The notes: generated by a model not told the origin, from the letters alone. A stretch of DNA of 64,000 nucleotides from an uncultured Geobacteraceae bacterium (GCA_937958075.1 CALFFB010000009.1:21367-85366), one strand, 5' to 3'. Counted from the stretch's first letter, positions 10,846-20,650 are shown. Translations and numbers: made by a program.

Positions 10846-10932
10846 TGGTGCCGAAGGCGAGACTCGAACTCGCACGAGCAATTGCCCACCACCCCCTCAA
10901 GATGGCGTGTCTACCAGTTCCACCACTTCGGC
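10846..10932 (-). tRNA. tRNA-Leu (anticodon GAG), type II with long variable arm
   Basis: The reverse complement reads GCCGAAGTGGTGGAACTGGTAGACACGCCATCTTGAGGGGGTGG...GTTCGAGTCTCGCCTTCGGCACCA. Acceptor is GCCGAAG/CTTCGGC, anticodon loop TTGAGGG, and CCA is encoded. Confidence 0.9.
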
Positions 10933-11006
10933 AAAACGGATGTTCTTATACTGAATTGCGGCTCACCTTGTCAACAAAAAAGGTTTTTTTACGCAAATAT
11001 TCAGTC

Positions 11007-11315
11007 CTACTGCTGCCCCGCCGGCGGAGATGCCGGGGCACTCTGGGCCGGTGCGTTGACAGCATCCGGCATGATGGTTTTGGAGGCAGGTGAACCGTAG
11101 TAATAGGCCAGGGACAAACTGGTCAGCATGAAGACAACGGCAACCCCGGCGGTGATTTTCGTCATGGTATTGCCACCGGTGGTACCAAACATGGTCTGGC
11201 TGCTGCCGGCACCGAATGATGCACCGGCCTGAGCGCCTTTGCCCATTTGTAATAGAACGATAACAACCAGTGCGATCGAAACAATGATGTGGATTCCGAT
11301 TAGTATGGTGACCAT
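11007..11315 (-). CDS. secG: Preprotein translocase subunit SecG
   Basis: MVTILIGIHIIVSIALVVIVLLQMGKGAQAGASFGAGSSQTMFG... has the typical SecG TM1-glycine-rich loop-TM2 layout. AGGAG RBS. The upstream part of the 182-aa ORF was discarded. Confidence 0.85.
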   Translation of the reverse strand: MVTILIGIHIIVSIALVVIVLLQMGKGAQAGASFGAGSSQTMFGTTGGNTMTKITAGVAVVFMLTSLSLAYYYGSPASKTIMPDAVNAPAQSAPASPPAGQQ

Positions 11316-11589
11316 GCCCAGAACTCTCCTGAAATTTTTTATATAAAGAATGAACTGCGGACGTATAGCACATCTTGAACAGTGGTGCAAAGACTTTCCG
11401 GAAAAAGAAGGGCTTTTCATCGGCATGTTGACCGCTTCTGCTAAAACATGATTTTGATACTGCCTGATGCTCTTGTATCGTAGCTTCGTTGTATCGTGAA
11501 AACTACTATAGTCACTATCATTTGCAAGATTAGAACGAGCACAATTTGTTATCAATTACCATAACAGGTAGGGGCCTCTCATATATAGA

Positions 11590-11618
11590 TTGACAAGGAT
11601 GGTGAGCGGTGCTAGAAA
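11590..11618 (+). promoter_or_regulatory. Candidate sigma70 promoter of the XRE-cupin pair
   Basis: TTGACA (11590-11595), 17-nt spacer, TAGAAA (11613-11618). Confidence 0.3.
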
Positions 11619-11649
11619 GTACCTCCTAAATTTTATGGAGTCTCATGCA

Positions 11650-12210
11650 ATGGTAAAAAAACTTATCGGTCGCAAGCTCAAGTCATCCCGTCTCAAGCGT
11701 GATAAAACCATTCAGGAACTGGCCAGCCTTTCATCAGTTTCATCCAATATGATCTCGCGGATTGAGCGCGGCCTGACCATTCCGTCTGTTGAAATTCTTA
11801 TGAAACTGGCGGACGCCCTGGGGTTGAGTCTGAGCTACTTTGTTGAAGAGGGGGAAAAGGGCAGTCAGGTCGTTTTTACTCCGGCCGGTGAAGGAACCCC
11901 GATGTTTTTTTTTGAAGACAAGCATCAGATCACCAGCTTGATGCAGGGCTTGCGCGATCCTGGTTTTGCGGTGTTTGTCGATACCCTGGAGCCGTACTGT
12001 GACAGTGGTGAGGGGGGGATGGTGCATACCGGTGAAGAATTCGCCATGGTTCTGGAGGGTTCCGTCGATTTTTTCATAGAAGACGAGAACTATCATTTGC
12101 AGCGAGGGGATTCTATCGCTTTCAAGGCATCGGCGCCGCACCGTTGGCACAACACAGCACCTCAGCAGGCTGTGGTGCTGTGGGTTGTGTCACCGCCGCC
12201 CCATATCTGA
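11650..12210 (+). CDS. XRE-family HTH transcriptional regulator with C-terminal cupin domain (copy 1)
   Basis: HTH segment QELASLSSVSSNMISRIERGLTIPSVEILMKLADAL, and cupin segment HTGEEFAMVLEGSVDF...GDSIAFKASAPHRWHN. GGAG lies 9 nt upstream of ATG 11650. Confidence 0.8.
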   Translation: MVKKLIGRKLKSSRLKRDKTIQELASLSSVSSNMISRIERGLTIPSVEILMKLADALGLSLSYFVEEGEKGSQVVFTPAGEGTPMFFFEDKHQITSLMQGLRDPGFAVFVDTLEPYCDSGEGGMVHTGEEFAMVLEGSVDFFIEDENYHLQRGDSIAFKASAPHRWHNTAPQQAVVLWVVSPPPHI

Positions 12211-12236
12211 ATGCCACACCGCAGGAGCCTGCGTCT

Positions 12237-12803
12237 ATGCAGATTAAAAAAATTGTGGGCAAAAAACTCAAGGAGATCCGCCTTAAACAGGATATGACTA
12301 TCCAGGTTCTGGCAGAAAAATCCCGGGTGTCCTCCAATATGATTTCACGGATTGAGCGTGGCTTGACCATCCCGTCCGTTGAAATTCTCATGCGTCTGGC
12401 AGCCGTGTTCGACAAAAGCATAAACTTTTTCGTTGAGGACGTCAGTACGTCCCACGAAGTTGTTTTTACCCGCCCTGGTGGTCGTGACAAAACTGTCTAT
12501 GACGATGAATTCAACATGCACACGGAATCCTTCACCTCCGGCCTGCGTGATCCGCAGTTTATGTCCTTTTATTGTACGGTACAGAAGGGGGGGCGAAGCG
12601 GCGAGCAGAAGATGTACCATCCCGGAGATGAGTTGATCTATCTGCTTGAGGGACAGCTGAAAATGACCATCGTTGATGAGGAGTATTTCCTTGATGCCGG
12701 CGACAGTCTCTGCTTCAAGTCACATCTGCCGCACCGGTGGGAGAATATCGGTGAGGGCGATGCCAGGGTAATCTGGACCCTTTCACCCTTTACCATCATC
12801 TGA
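12237..12803 (+). CDS. XRE-family HTH transcriptional regulator with C-terminal cupin domain (copy 2, paralog)
   Basis: Same architecture as copy 1 and shares an identical 22-aa stretch VSSNMISRIERGLTIPSVEILM. Cupin segment is HPGDELIYLLEGQLKM...GDSLCFKSHLPHRWEN. AGGAG RBS. Starts 27 nt after copy 1 ends. Confidence 0.8.
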   Translation: MQIKKIVGKKLKEIRLKQDMTIQVLAEKSRVSSNMISRIERGLTIPSVEILMRLAAVFDKSINFFVEDVSTSHEVVFTRPGGRDKTVYDDEFNMHTESFTSGLRDPQFMSFYCTVQKGGRSGEQKMYHPGDELIYLLEGQLKMTIVDEEYFLDAGDSLCFKSHLPHRWENIGEGDARVIWTLSPFTII

Positions 12804-12878
12804 CGGGACCAGGGCTGAGGTTGTTCTGTCGGCGGGGTGGCAACGAGGGGCAAAAATGACTTTCCTGCACAAGACCAG

Positions 12879-12907
12879 TTGAGATGTGTTTTTATTTGGT
12901 GTATAGT
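12879..12907 (+). promoter_or_regulatory. Candidate sigma70 promoter of ihfB
   Basis: TTGAGA (12879-12884), 17-nt spacer, TATAGT (12902-12907). Confidence 0.45.
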
Positions 12908-12962
12908 TTCCACAGTTTAAGCGAGGGGCACCCGAAAACACTGATTCCTTAAGGGGGGGTCA

Positions 12963-13238
12963 ATGAACAAATCGGAACTGGTTGAAGCGCTGTCGCTGGA
13001 AAAAAATCTGACCTATAAAAAAGCCGAGCAGATCATCAATGTGGTCTTCGACTCCATGACCCAGGCTCTGGTTGACCGGGATCGTATTGAGATACGCGGC
13101 TTCGGCAGCTTTATGGTCAAGGAGTACAAGTCCTACATGGGGCGTAATCCGAAAACCGGCGAGATCATCAAGGTTGAAGAAAAACTCCTGCCTTTCTTCA
13201 AGGTCGGAAAAGAGCTGCGCGAGCGAGTTGACAGCTGA
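12963..13238 (+). CDS. ihfB: Integration host factor beta subunit (HU/IHF family)
   Basis: MNKSELVEAL...RIEIRGFGSFMVKEYKSYMGRNPKTGE...PFFKVGKELRERV closely parallels the IHF-beta pattern. Confidence 0.8.
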   Translation: MNKSELVEALSLEKNLTYKKAEQIINVVFDSMTQALVDRDRIEIRGFGSFMVKEYKSYMGRNPKTGEIIKVEEKLLPFFKVGKELRERVDS

Positions 13239-13281
13239 TTTGTTCTTTTGCGCACATTGTTCGTTCATCATTTGAATGCAT

Positions 13282-13326
13282 ACGGGCTTGTCCATAACTG
13301 TTTATGGGTGAGCCCGTTGTTTTTTC
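13282..13326 (+). terminator. Intrinsic terminator after ihfB
   Basis: acgggct (13282-13288) pairs with agcccgt (13311-13317), with an inner ccataa/ttatgg helix. TGTTTTTT follows. Confidence 0.6.
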
Positions 13327-13369
13327 AAACAGGTGACACATCAAAACAGTCAAGACAGTGAGGTCGGTC

Positions 13370-13879
13370 ATGCTGCATATCTATCAGGGAATAACTCCGA
13401 AACTGCACGACAGCGTCTTTCGTGTCGGATCGGCAGAAATTATCGGCGACGTGGAGGTCGGCGAAGATTCAAGCCTCTGGTTTCATGTTGTGGTACGCGG
13501 TGATGTCAATATCATCAGGATAGGGAAGCGGACCAACGTGCAGGATGGTACAGTCATTCACGTGACCAATAAAACTCATCCAACCCTGATCGGTGACGAT
13601 GTGACCATCGGGCACAATGTGACCCTGCATGGCTGCACCATTGGCAATCGCTGCCTTATCGGCATGGGGGCCGTCATTATGGATGGTGCGGTTGTGGAGG
13701 ATGATGCCATGATTGCCGCCGGCGCTCTGGTAACACCCGGAACCCGGGTTACGTCGGGCAGTTTGTTTGCCGGTTCGCCGGCCCGTTGCAAACGAACGCT
13801 GACCGCTGATGAAACGGCCTTTTTGCTGAAGTCGGCGAATAACTATCTGGAATACGTAAAAACCTATCGGACGGATTGA
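13370..13879 (+). CDS. Gamma-carbonic-anhydrase-like left-handed beta-helix protein (YrdA/PaaY family)
   Basis: Hexapeptide repeats with the typical IGDVEVGEDSSLWFHVVVRGDVNIIRIGKRTNVQDGTVIHV...IGHNVTLHGCTIG. Confidence 0.8.
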   Translation: MLHIYQGITPKLHDSVFRVGSAEIIGDVEVGEDSSLWFHVVVRGDVNIIRIGKRTNVQDGTVIHVTNKTHPTLIGDDVTIGHNVTLHGCTIGNRCLIGMGAVIMDGAVVEDDAMIAAGALVTPGTRVTSGSLFAGSPARCKRTLTADETAFLLKSANNYLEYVKTYRTD

Positions 13880-13903
13880 TTTGACACAGAAAGCGGATCA
13901 GCC

Positions 13904-14389
13904 ATGACGCCTGTCAGCCTTGATCATGTACTGGACAGTTCGCTGTTTGCCGGACTTTCCTCCGACGAACGTGAAAGCCTGGCCGATCTCTTTGAGGTAA
14001 GGCAGGTGGCCGTCGGCAAAACAGTCTTTATTGAGAACATGACAGGCGAGAACCTCTATCTGATCAACAAAGGATCAGTCACTATCTCACAGATGCTCGG
14101 TGAGATCGATGAGCAGTCTCTGGTTGTGCTGCGTTCCGGCGAGACCTTCGGAGAACTGGCGTTGGTCGATGATGAGCTTCGTGCCGTGACCGCTCGGGTG
14201 GTTGATGATGCCGAGCTCTATCTGTTGTCACGCGCCCGTTTTGAAGAACTTGCCGCCGCCAGTCCCGCTCTGGGGATGAAGCTCATGCGCAATGTGCTGC
14301 GCACCTTCAGCAAGCGCCTGCGTCAGGCGAAAAGCGACTACCGTGACATGCTGCTGGCGACCCTGGAATCAAAAAAAACAACGCATTGA
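13904..14389 (+). CDS. Stand-alone cyclic-nucleotide-binding domain protein
   Basis: 161 aa. LFAGLSSDERESLADLF...GETFGELALVDDELRAVTARVV is the cNMP-binding beta-barrel signature. No recognisable output domain. Confidence 0.7.
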   Translation: MTPVSLDHVLDSSLFAGLSSDERESLADLFEVRQVAVGKTVFIENMTGENLYLINKGSVTISQMLGEIDEQSLVVLRSGETFGELALVDDELRAVTARVVDDAELYLLSRARFEELAAASPALGMKLMRNVLRTFSKRLRQAKSDYRDMLLATLESKKTTH

Positions 14390-14473
14390 CACCGGCTTTC
14401 CGCCACCGGCAGGGCATTTCCCCCGTTCAGGGGGGTCGTCGGTTGAACATTGTGATTTGGCTTTATTTTTAAA

Positions 14474-14503
14474 TTGACAGGCAGGATCGTTATTTTGTAG
14501 GAT
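14474..14503 (+). promoter_or_regulatory. Candidate sigma70 promoter of the tRNA-His/tRNA-Leu unit
   Basis: An AT-rich tract, then TTGACA (14474-14479), 18-nt spacer, TAGGAT (14498-14503). The tRNA starts at 14518. Confidence 0.35.
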
Positions 14504-14517
14504 GCTCAAGTTTTTCT

Positions 14518-14594
14518 GGTGGGTGTAGCTCAGTTGGTAGAGCACTGGATTGTGGCTCCAGTTGTCGAGGGTTCAAGCCCCTTCACTCACCCCA
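14518..14594 (+). tRNA. tRNA-His (anticodon GTG) with encoded G-1
   Basis: G-GTGGGTG acceptor pairs with CACTCAC. D-loop TAGCTCAGTTGGTAGAGC, anticodon loop TTGTGGC, T-loop GGTTCAAGCCC, and CCA is encoded. Confidence 0.92.
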
Positions 14595-14686
14595 ATAAAT
14601 ACAGACAATGCTCACTTTCCGCATCCAGTTATCCCGTCAGGCCGGGTGGGTATGGGAGGTGGGCATTGTTGCTTTGAACAAAGTGC

Positions 14687-14771
14687 GCGAGAGTGGCGGA
14701 ATTGGTAGACGCGCCAGACTTAGGATCTGGTGTCCTTTGATGTGGGGGTTCGAGTCCCCCCTCTCGCACCA
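14687..14771 (+). tRNA. tRNA-Leu (anticodon TAG), type II
   Basis: Acceptor GCGAGAG/CTCTCGC, D-loop GGCGGAATTGGTAGACGC, anticodon stem-loop CCAGA-CTTAGGA-TCTGG, a long variable arm, T-loop GGTTCGAGTCC, and CCA is encoded. Confidence 0.9.
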
Positions 14772-14881
14772 GTCACCAAAAAGTCGGTCACCCCTGTTGT
14801 CTGGTCACAGACCGATGTCCGTTAATCGTTGTTTTCATGATCTGTTGCAGAGACAGCATTTCTTTTAAGGAAGGATAGCCA

Positions 14882-16219
14882 ATGAATGTCAGAGTCGAAG
14901 ACGTAAGCCCGATCAAGAAGAAGCTTTTTGTCGAAGTTGCTGCCGATCACGTTGCCGAGGAGCTGGAGTCCGCTTTTAAGAAAATTGCCAAATCAGCGAA
15001 CATTAAAGGCTTTCGCAAGGGCAAGGTGCCCAGAACAATTCTTGAGCAGCAGTTCGGTCCGAAGGCCCATTATGAGACCATTGGTTCTCTGATCAATAAC
15101 AGCCTGTACAAGGCCCTGCTCGACAACCAGATTCAGGCGGTTTCCCAGCCCCAGGTGGTGGATACGGGATCCATAGAGCACGGAGCGCCCTTTACCTATG
15201 AAGCTGAGGTCGATGTCCGTCCCGAAATCGTGGCCCAGGATTATACCGGATTGCAGCTGACGAAAACGAAGATGGAGTTCGATGATTCCGTGGTCGACGA
15301 GCAGCTCAAGCAGCTGGCGGAGTCGCGCACGCAGCTGGTGGTGTCAGAGGCCGAGGCAGCCGGTGACAATGATACGGTCGTTATCGATTTTGAGGGATAT
15401 ATCGGGGAGACCGCTTTTGATAACGGAACGGCTTCCGACTATGAGCTTGAGCTTGGTTCCAACAGCTTCATTCCGGGGTTTGAGGATCAGGTCGTCGGCA
15501 TGAAGCGCGGCGAGGTAAAGAATGTCAATGTCCGTTTCCCGGATGGTTACGGCGCCAATGACCTGGCTGGTAAAGATGCGGTCTTCAAGGTCACACTGAA
15601 GGAGATCAAAAAGAAGCAGGTTCCTGAAATCAATGATGATCTTGCCCGTGAGGTAGAGGCGGACAATCTTGATCAGTTAAAAGAGCGCATCACAGAGCAG
15701 GCAAAAGCCCAGCAGCAACAGCAGATCGACAATCAGCTGCAGGAGAACCTGATGGATGCGTTGCTGGAAAAAAATCCCTTTGAGGTTCCGGACGGCATGG
15801 TGACAAACCAGCTGCTGTACCTCAAGGACAGTTTCTCCCAGCGGCTGAAAGCCCAGGGCATGAGCCTGGAGATGCTGGGCATGAACGATGAGGTCTTTAA
15901 TAAAAACTACTGGGATATGGCGACCAAGCAGGTCAAGGGGGAACTGCTCCTTGACGCCATTGCCAAACAGGAATCGCTGACTGTGGCTGATGACGAGGTT
16001 GAAGAAAAGATGAACGACTTCGCCCGGCAGAGCAACGCCCCTCTTGAGCAGGTGAAAAAATATTTTGAAAATGATCAGGCCCTGACAGGCCTGAAAGGGC
16101 AGTTGCTGCAGGAGAAGGTGGTTGCCTTTCTTCTGGAGCAGGCACAGGTCACCGAAGTGGAACCAGAACCCGAGGATGCACCGCAGGAATCATCTGCCGA
16201 CACGGATAAGGAGTCCTGA
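14882..16219 (+). CDS. tig: Trigger factor
   Basis: 445 aa with GFRKGKVPRTILEQQFG (ribosome-binding signature) and an FKBP-type segment FIPGFEDQVVGMKRGE. Precedes clpP-clpX-lon. Confidence 0.93.
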   Translation: MNVRVEDVSPIKKKLFVEVAADHVAEELESAFKKIAKSANIKGFRKGKVPRTILEQQFGPKAHYETIGSLINNSLYKALLDNQIQAVSQPQVVDTGSIEHGAPFTYEAEVDVRPEIVAQDYTGLQLTKTKMEFDDSVVDEQLKQLAESRTQLVVSEAEAAGDNDTVVIDFEGYIGETAFDNGTASDYELELGSNSFIPGFEDQVVGMKRGEVKNVNVRFPDGYGANDLAGKDAVFKVTLKEIKKKQVPEINDDLAREVEADNLDQLKERITEQAKAQQQQQIDNQLQENLMDALLEKNPFEVPDGMVTNQLLYLKDSFSQRLKAQGMSLEMLGMNDEVFNKNYWDMATKQVKGELLLDAIAKQESLTVADDEVEEKMNDFARQSNAPLEQVKKYFENDQALTGLKGQLLQEKVVAFLLEQAQVTEVEPEPEDAPQESSADTDKES

Positions 16220-16222
16220 TTT

Positions 16223-16819
16223 ATGGCCCTGGTACCAATGGTTGTAGAAGACAGCGGGCGCGGGGAGCGGGCGTATGACATTTATTCCCGACTGCTGAAG
16301 GATCGGATTATTTTCCTCTCGGGCGCTGTGGAAGATCATATGGCGAATCTGATCATCGCCCAGATGCTGTTTCTGGAGTCGGAAGACCCTGATCGTGACA
16401 TTCATTTATACATCAACTCGCCTGGTGGTGTTGTCACCGCCGGCATGGCCATCTATGACACCATGCAGTACCTGAAATCGCCGGTCTCGACCATCTGTGT
16501 CGGTCAGGCGGCGAGCATGGGAGCCATTCTGCTGGCGGCTGGAGAGCCCGGCAAGCGCTACGCCTTGCCCCATGCGCGAATCATGGTGCATCAGCCCCTG
16601 GGCGGTTTTCAGGGGCAGGCCACGGATATCAGCATTCATGCTAAAGAAATTCTGCGAATGCGCGAAACGTTAAATGAGCTTCTGGCTCGGCATACGGGAC
16701 AAAGTGTCGACAAGATCGCCCAGGACACAGAGCGGGACTTCTTCATGAGTAGCGAAAGCGCCCGGTCTTATGGTATTATCGACGACATTGTTAAGAGGAA
16801 AGTCAGTTTGCAGAAATAA
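16223..16819 (+). CDS. clpP: ATP-dependent Clp protease proteolytic subunit
   Basis: [31 protein letters not shown] (active-site Ser) and MVHQPLGG (His) motifs. Confidence 0.97.
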   Translation: MALVPMVVEDSGRGERAYDIYSRLLKDRIIFLSGAVEDHMANLIIAQMLFLESEDPDRDIHLYINSPGGVVTAGMAIYDTMQYLKSPVSTICVGQAASMGAILLAAGEPGKRYALPHARIMVHQPLGGFQGQATDISIHAKEILRMRETLNELLARHTGQSVDKIAQDTERDFFMSSESARSYGIIDDIVKRKVSLQK

Positions 16820-16833
16820 TGGAGGAGTCATAC

Positions 16834-18081
16834 GTGAGTTCTAAAGAAGAAAACGGCCATCTGACCTGTTCGTTTTGCGGGAAATCTCAGGAAGAAGTCA
16901 GAAAGCTTATCGCAGGCCCGACAGTATATATCTGCGACGAGTGTATCGAGTTGTGTAATGACATCATCGACGAAGAGGCGCGTCTCGATCAAAAAGCCGG
17001 CAGCGGTGGCAAGCACCTGCCGAAGCCTTCTGAAATCAAAGATATCCTCGATGACTACGTGGTCGGTCAGGAACTCGCGAAAAAGGTTCTTTCCGTTGCC
17101 GTCTATAATCATTACAAGAGGGTTGAATATTCTGAAAACAATACGGATATCGAGATTCAAAAGAGCAATATCCTGCTGCTGGGCCCGACCGGCAGCGGCA
17201 AGACTCTGCTGGCGCAAACCCTGGCCAAGGTTCTTGATGTGCCCTTTACCATTGCCGATGCGACCAATTTGACGGAAGCCGGCTATGTTGGCGAGGATGT
17301 TGAAAACATCATCTTGAGTCTGCTGCAGGCGGCCGACTATGATCTTGAAAAGGCGCAGAAGGGGATCATCTATATTGATGAGGTCGATAAAATTGCCCGC
17401 AAGTCGGAATCGCCATCCATTACCCGTGATGTCTCAGGTGAGGGGGTGCAGCAGGCACTGCTGAAGATTATCGAGGGTACTACCGCCAGCGTCCCACCCA
17501 AGGGAGGGCGCAAGCATCCCCAACAGGAATTCCTCAAGGTTGATACCTCCAATATCCTCTTTATCTGTGGAGGTGCCTTTTCCGGACTGGAAAAAATTAT
17601 CAATAAGCGTATCGGCTCGAAGGTCATGGGCTTCGGCGCTGAAGTCCGCTCCATCAAAGAGGAGAGCCTGGGGGCACTGCTCACCAAGATCCAACCGGCG
17701 GATCTGCTCAAATACGGCCTGATACCTGAGTTCGTCGGCCGGATTCCGGTGATTGCAACCTTGAGCGAACTGGATGAAGCCGCCCTGATTCAGATTTTGC
17801 GTGAGCCGAAAAATGCCCTGATCAAACAGTATCAACGCCTGTTTGACATGGAAGATGTCAGCCTCAAGTTTACCGACGGGGCCCTGGTCGCTGTTGCCAG
17901 GGAGGCCCTCACCCGTAAAACGGGAGCTCGTGGTTTGCGCGCCATTCTGGAAAATTCCATGTTGGAAGTCATGTACGACATCCCCTCGCAGGACCGGGTC
18001 CGGGAAGTTGTGATCAATGAAGAGGTCATTTCCAAAGGAGCCAAACCCTTAATTATCTATGATGTGGCTGAAAGCGCATAA
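16834..18081 (+). CDS. clpX: ATP-dependent Clp protease ATP-binding subunit ClpX
   Basis: Zinc-binding CSFCGKSQ...CDEC, Walker [12 protein letters not shown] and [16 protein letters not shown] precedes GTG 16834; ATG 16819 is an alternative start. Confidence 0.97.
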   Translation: MSSKEENGHLTCSFCGKSQEEVRKLIAGPTVYICDECIELCNDIIDEEARLDQKAGSGGKHLPKPSEIKDILDDYVVGQELAKKVLSVAVYNHYKRVEYSENNTDIEIQKSNILLLGPTGSGKTLLAQTLAKVLDVPFTIADATNLTEAGYVGEDVENIILSLLQAADYDLEKAQKGIIYIDEVDKIARKSESPSITRDVSGEGVQQALLKIIEGTTASVPPKGGRKHPQQEFLKVDTSNILFICGGAFSGLEKIINKRIGSKVMGFGAEVRSIKEESLGALLTKIQPADLLKYGLIPEFVGRIPVIATLSELDEAALIQILREPKNALIKQYQRLFDMEDVSLKFTDGALVAVAREALTRKTGARGLRAILENSMLEVMYDIPSQDRVREVVINEEVISKGAKPLIIYDVAESA

Positions 18082-18110
18082 CCACGGATAATAAATTGAT
18101 CTTTACCCTG

Positions 18111-18150
18111 GAGCGCAGCAACGGTGAGTTGCTGCGCTCTTTCTCTATCT
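18111..18150 (+). terminator. Hairpin between clpX and lon (terminator/attenuator)
   Basis: gagcgcagcaac (18111-18122) pairs perfectly with gttgctgcgctc (18128-18139) around a 5-nt loop. A T-rich tttctctatctt follows. Confidence 0.45.
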
Positions 18151-18160
18151 TGTGTAGGAC

Positions 18161-20518
18161 ATGGTCATGTCGGAGAAGGAACCGTTATCGCAACAGCAGG
18201 TCTATCCCCTGCTGCCTTTACGGGATATCGTTGTTTTTCCATATCTCGTCACTCCTCTGTTTGTCGGTCGCAGTCATTCCATAGGCGCTTTGGAAAAAGC
18301 CGCTGCGGATAATACCCGCCTGATTTTTTTAACAACCCAGAAAGATCCCAAGCAGGAACATCCTGAAGCGGATGATCTCTATGCTGTCGGTACGCTCTGT
18401 AAGCTGATTCAACTGCTGAAGTTGCCGGATGGCACCGTCAAGGTCATGGTCGAAGGGTTGCGACGGGGCAAAATTGTGGCCATGGAGACCCGGGATCAGT
18501 TGAGCCGGGTCAGGGTCGTGCCTTTGCCGGATGAACAGACGGAATCGCCGGAACTGGCTGCTGTCATGCGCACGATCAACAGCACCTTTGAAAAATACGC
18601 ATCCCTGAGCAAAAAGGTGCCGGCGGAAGTCTCTGCCATGGTGTCCGGCATCACAGACCCCTCACGACTGGCGGATGTGGTCGCCGGGCAGCTTCATGTG
18701 CCCATACCCGACAAGCAGGAACTGCTGGAACAGCTCGATCCTGTTCGCCGCCTGGAGCATCTTCTGGTTCTGCTGGAACAGGAAATTGAGATTCTGCAGA
18801 TTGAGAGTCGCATCCGCAGCCGGGTAAAAAGTCAGATGGAGCGCACGCAGCGTGAATATTATCTCAATGAGCAGATGCGGGCCATTCAGAAGGAACTTGG
18901 CACCCAGGATGAGTTCAAGCAGGAAATCATCGCTTTTGAGAAACAGGTTGAAAGTAAAAAACTGTCACCTGAAGCGCGCGACAAGGTTCTTGCAGAAATC
19001 CGTAAGCTGAAGATGATGCAGCCCATGTCCGCGGAAGCAACGGTTGTCCGTAATTATATTGAGTGGCTGCTCTCTCTGCCCTGGGACAAGGGTACACGTG
19101 ATCGGCACAACCTGAAAAAAGCGCAGCAGATTCTTGACGAAGATCATTACGGCCTGGTCAAGGTCAAGGAGCGTGTTCTTGAGTATCTCGCTGTACAGGC
19201 CCTGGTCCGTCAGATCAAGGGGCCGATCCTGTGTCTGGTCGGACCTCCCGGTGTCGGGAAAACATCCCTTGGCCAATCGATCGCCAAGGCCCTGCAACGC
19301 AAATTTATCCGTATCTCCCTGGGTGGTGTTCGTGATGAGTCTGAAATTCGTGGTCACCGGCGTACCTATATCGGTGCCATGCCGGGCAAGATTGTCCAGA
19401 GTCTGCGCAAGGCGGGCGTAAAAAATCCGGTCATCATGCTCGATGAAATCGACAAAATGAGCACCGATTTTCGCGGCGACCCTTCTTCCGCCCTCCTTGA
19501 GGTGCTGGATCCCGAACAGAACAACAGTTTCGTCGATCATTTCCTTGATGTCGAATACGACCTGTCCCAGGTTCTGTTTATTGCCACGGCCAACAGTCTG
19601 CACTCAATTCCCAGGCCTCTTCATGACCGGCTTGAGGTGATTCGGATTGAGGGGTACTCCGAAGAAGAAAAACAGCATATTGCCCGCCGCTATCTGATCA
19701 GGAAGCAGGTTGCGGCCCACGGCCTTAAAGAACAGCAGGTTAAAATATCAGATTCTGCTCTCCTTGAGGTGATTCGCCGTTACACCCGGGAATCCGGCGT
19801 CCGCAATCTGGACCGGAGTATCGCCGCGATGATGCGCAAGCTGGCAAGAAGAGCGTTGACGGAAGGCAAGGGTAAAGCCTTTCGCATCAGTGACAGGCAG
19901 CTGGTCGCAATGCTGGGCGTTCCGCCCTACAAATATGGCGTACGGGAAGACAGGGATCAGGTCGGTCTGGCCACAGGTCTGGCCTGGACGGAAACCGGCG
20001 GCGAACTGTTAACGGTGGAGGTGGCCATTCTGCCGGGACAGGGAAAGCTGACCATCACCGGACATCTTGGAGAGGTCATGCGTGAATCAGCCGAGGCGGC
20101 AATGAGCTACATTCGTTCACGCTGGCAGGACCTGTCCCTCGACAAAAACTTTTATGCGACCCTGGATGTTCATTTGCACGTCCCGGAAGGAGCGGTGCCC
20201 AAAGACGGGCCCTCAGCCGGCATTACTATCGCCACTGCACTGGCTTCAGCACTGACCGGTCGTCCCGTCAGAAAAAATCTGGCGATGACCGGCGAGATTA
20301 CTCTGCGTGGCCGGGTGCTGGCCATTGGTGGACTAAAGGACAAGATTCTGGCCGCGCGCCGGGGTGGCATCCAGCAGGTGGTGATCCCTGTGGACAATCA
20401 GAAAAACCTGTCTGATTTGCCTGCGGAACTGTTTAAAACTGTCGATGTTGTCACCGTGGCCCATATGGATGAGGTTCTTCGTCTGTCCCTGCTGGAGAAG
20501 GGCACCGCCGGGGATTGA
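18161..20518 (+). CDS. lon: Endopeptidase La (Lon protease)
   Basis: 785 aa with the LON N-domain ([20 protein letters not shown]), Walker [10 protein letters not shown] and protease motif [18 protein letters not shown] 18167 is an alternative start. Confidence 0.97.
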   Translation: MVMSEKEPLSQQQVYPLLPLRDIVVFPYLVTPLFVGRSHSIGALEKAAADNTRLIFLTTQKDPKQEHPEADDLYAVGTLCKLIQLLKLPDGTVKVMVEGLRRGKIVAMETRDQLSRVRVVPLPDEQTESPELAAVMRTINSTFEKYASLSKKVPAEVSAMVSGITDPSRLADVVAGQLHVPIPDKQELLEQLDPVRRLEHLLVLLEQEIEILQIESRIRSRVKSQMERTQREYYLNEQMRAIQKELGTQDEFKQEIIAFEKQVESKKLSPEARDKVLAEIRKLKMMQPMSAEATVVRNYIEWLLSLPWDKGTRDRHNLKKAQQILDEDHYGLVKVKERVLEYLAVQALVRQIKGPILCLVGPPGVGKTSLGQSIAKALQRKFIRISLGGVRDESEIRGHRRTYIGAMPGKIVQSLRKAGVKNPVIMLDEIDKMSTDFRGDPSSALLEVLDPEQNNSFVDHFLDVEYDLSQVLFIATANSLHSIPRPLHDRLEVIRIEGYSEEEKQHIARRYLIRKQVAAHGLKEQQVKISDSALLEVIRRYTRESGVRNLDRSIAAMMRKLARRALTEGKGKAFRISDRQLVAMLGVPPYKYGVREDRDQVGLATGLAWTETGGELLTVEVAILPGQGKLTITGHLGEVMRESAEAAMSYIRSRWQDLSLDKNFYATLDVHLHVPEGAVPKDGPSAGITIATALASALTGRPVRKNLAMTGEITLRGRVLAIGGLKDKILAARRGGIQQVVIPVDNQKNLSDLPAELFKTVDVVTVAHMDEVLRLSLLEKGTAGD

Positions 20519-20566
20519 AAAAATGCAGTCGAGGCTGACAAAGCCCGATAATGCGGGAAAAAGAGC

Positions 20567-20596
20567 TTGACTCTATTTTGACGAACCTGATATACC
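20567..20596 (+). promoter_or_regulatory. Candidate sigma70 promoter of hup
   Basis: TTGACT (20567-20572), 18-nt spacer, TATACC (20591-20596). Confidence 0.3.
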
Positions 20597-20650
20597 TTAA
20601 CCCGTTTTGAGCGACACCCTTTACATCAATTTTTTATGAGGAGGTATCCC

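Noticed and set aside
10738-11100. ORFs running across tRNA genes: 10738-11100, 10848-11093, 14608-14868, 20621-21085, 21063-21245 and 21134-21415.
   Set aside because: They overlap well-formed tRNA cloverleafs or terminators and have no RBS or protein motifs. The repeated peptide MAGLTGLEPATSGVTGRRCNRLYYSP is simply the reverse translation of the duplicated tRNA-Asp.
18082-18160. A search for sigma32-type heat-shock promoters (CTTGAAA...CCCCATNT) or CIRCE elements upstream of lon, clpP and htpG.
   Set aside because: No convincing match was seen by eye. The only htpG candidate is sigma70-like, and the clpX-lon spacer is dominated by a hairpin. No heat-shock promoter is claimed.
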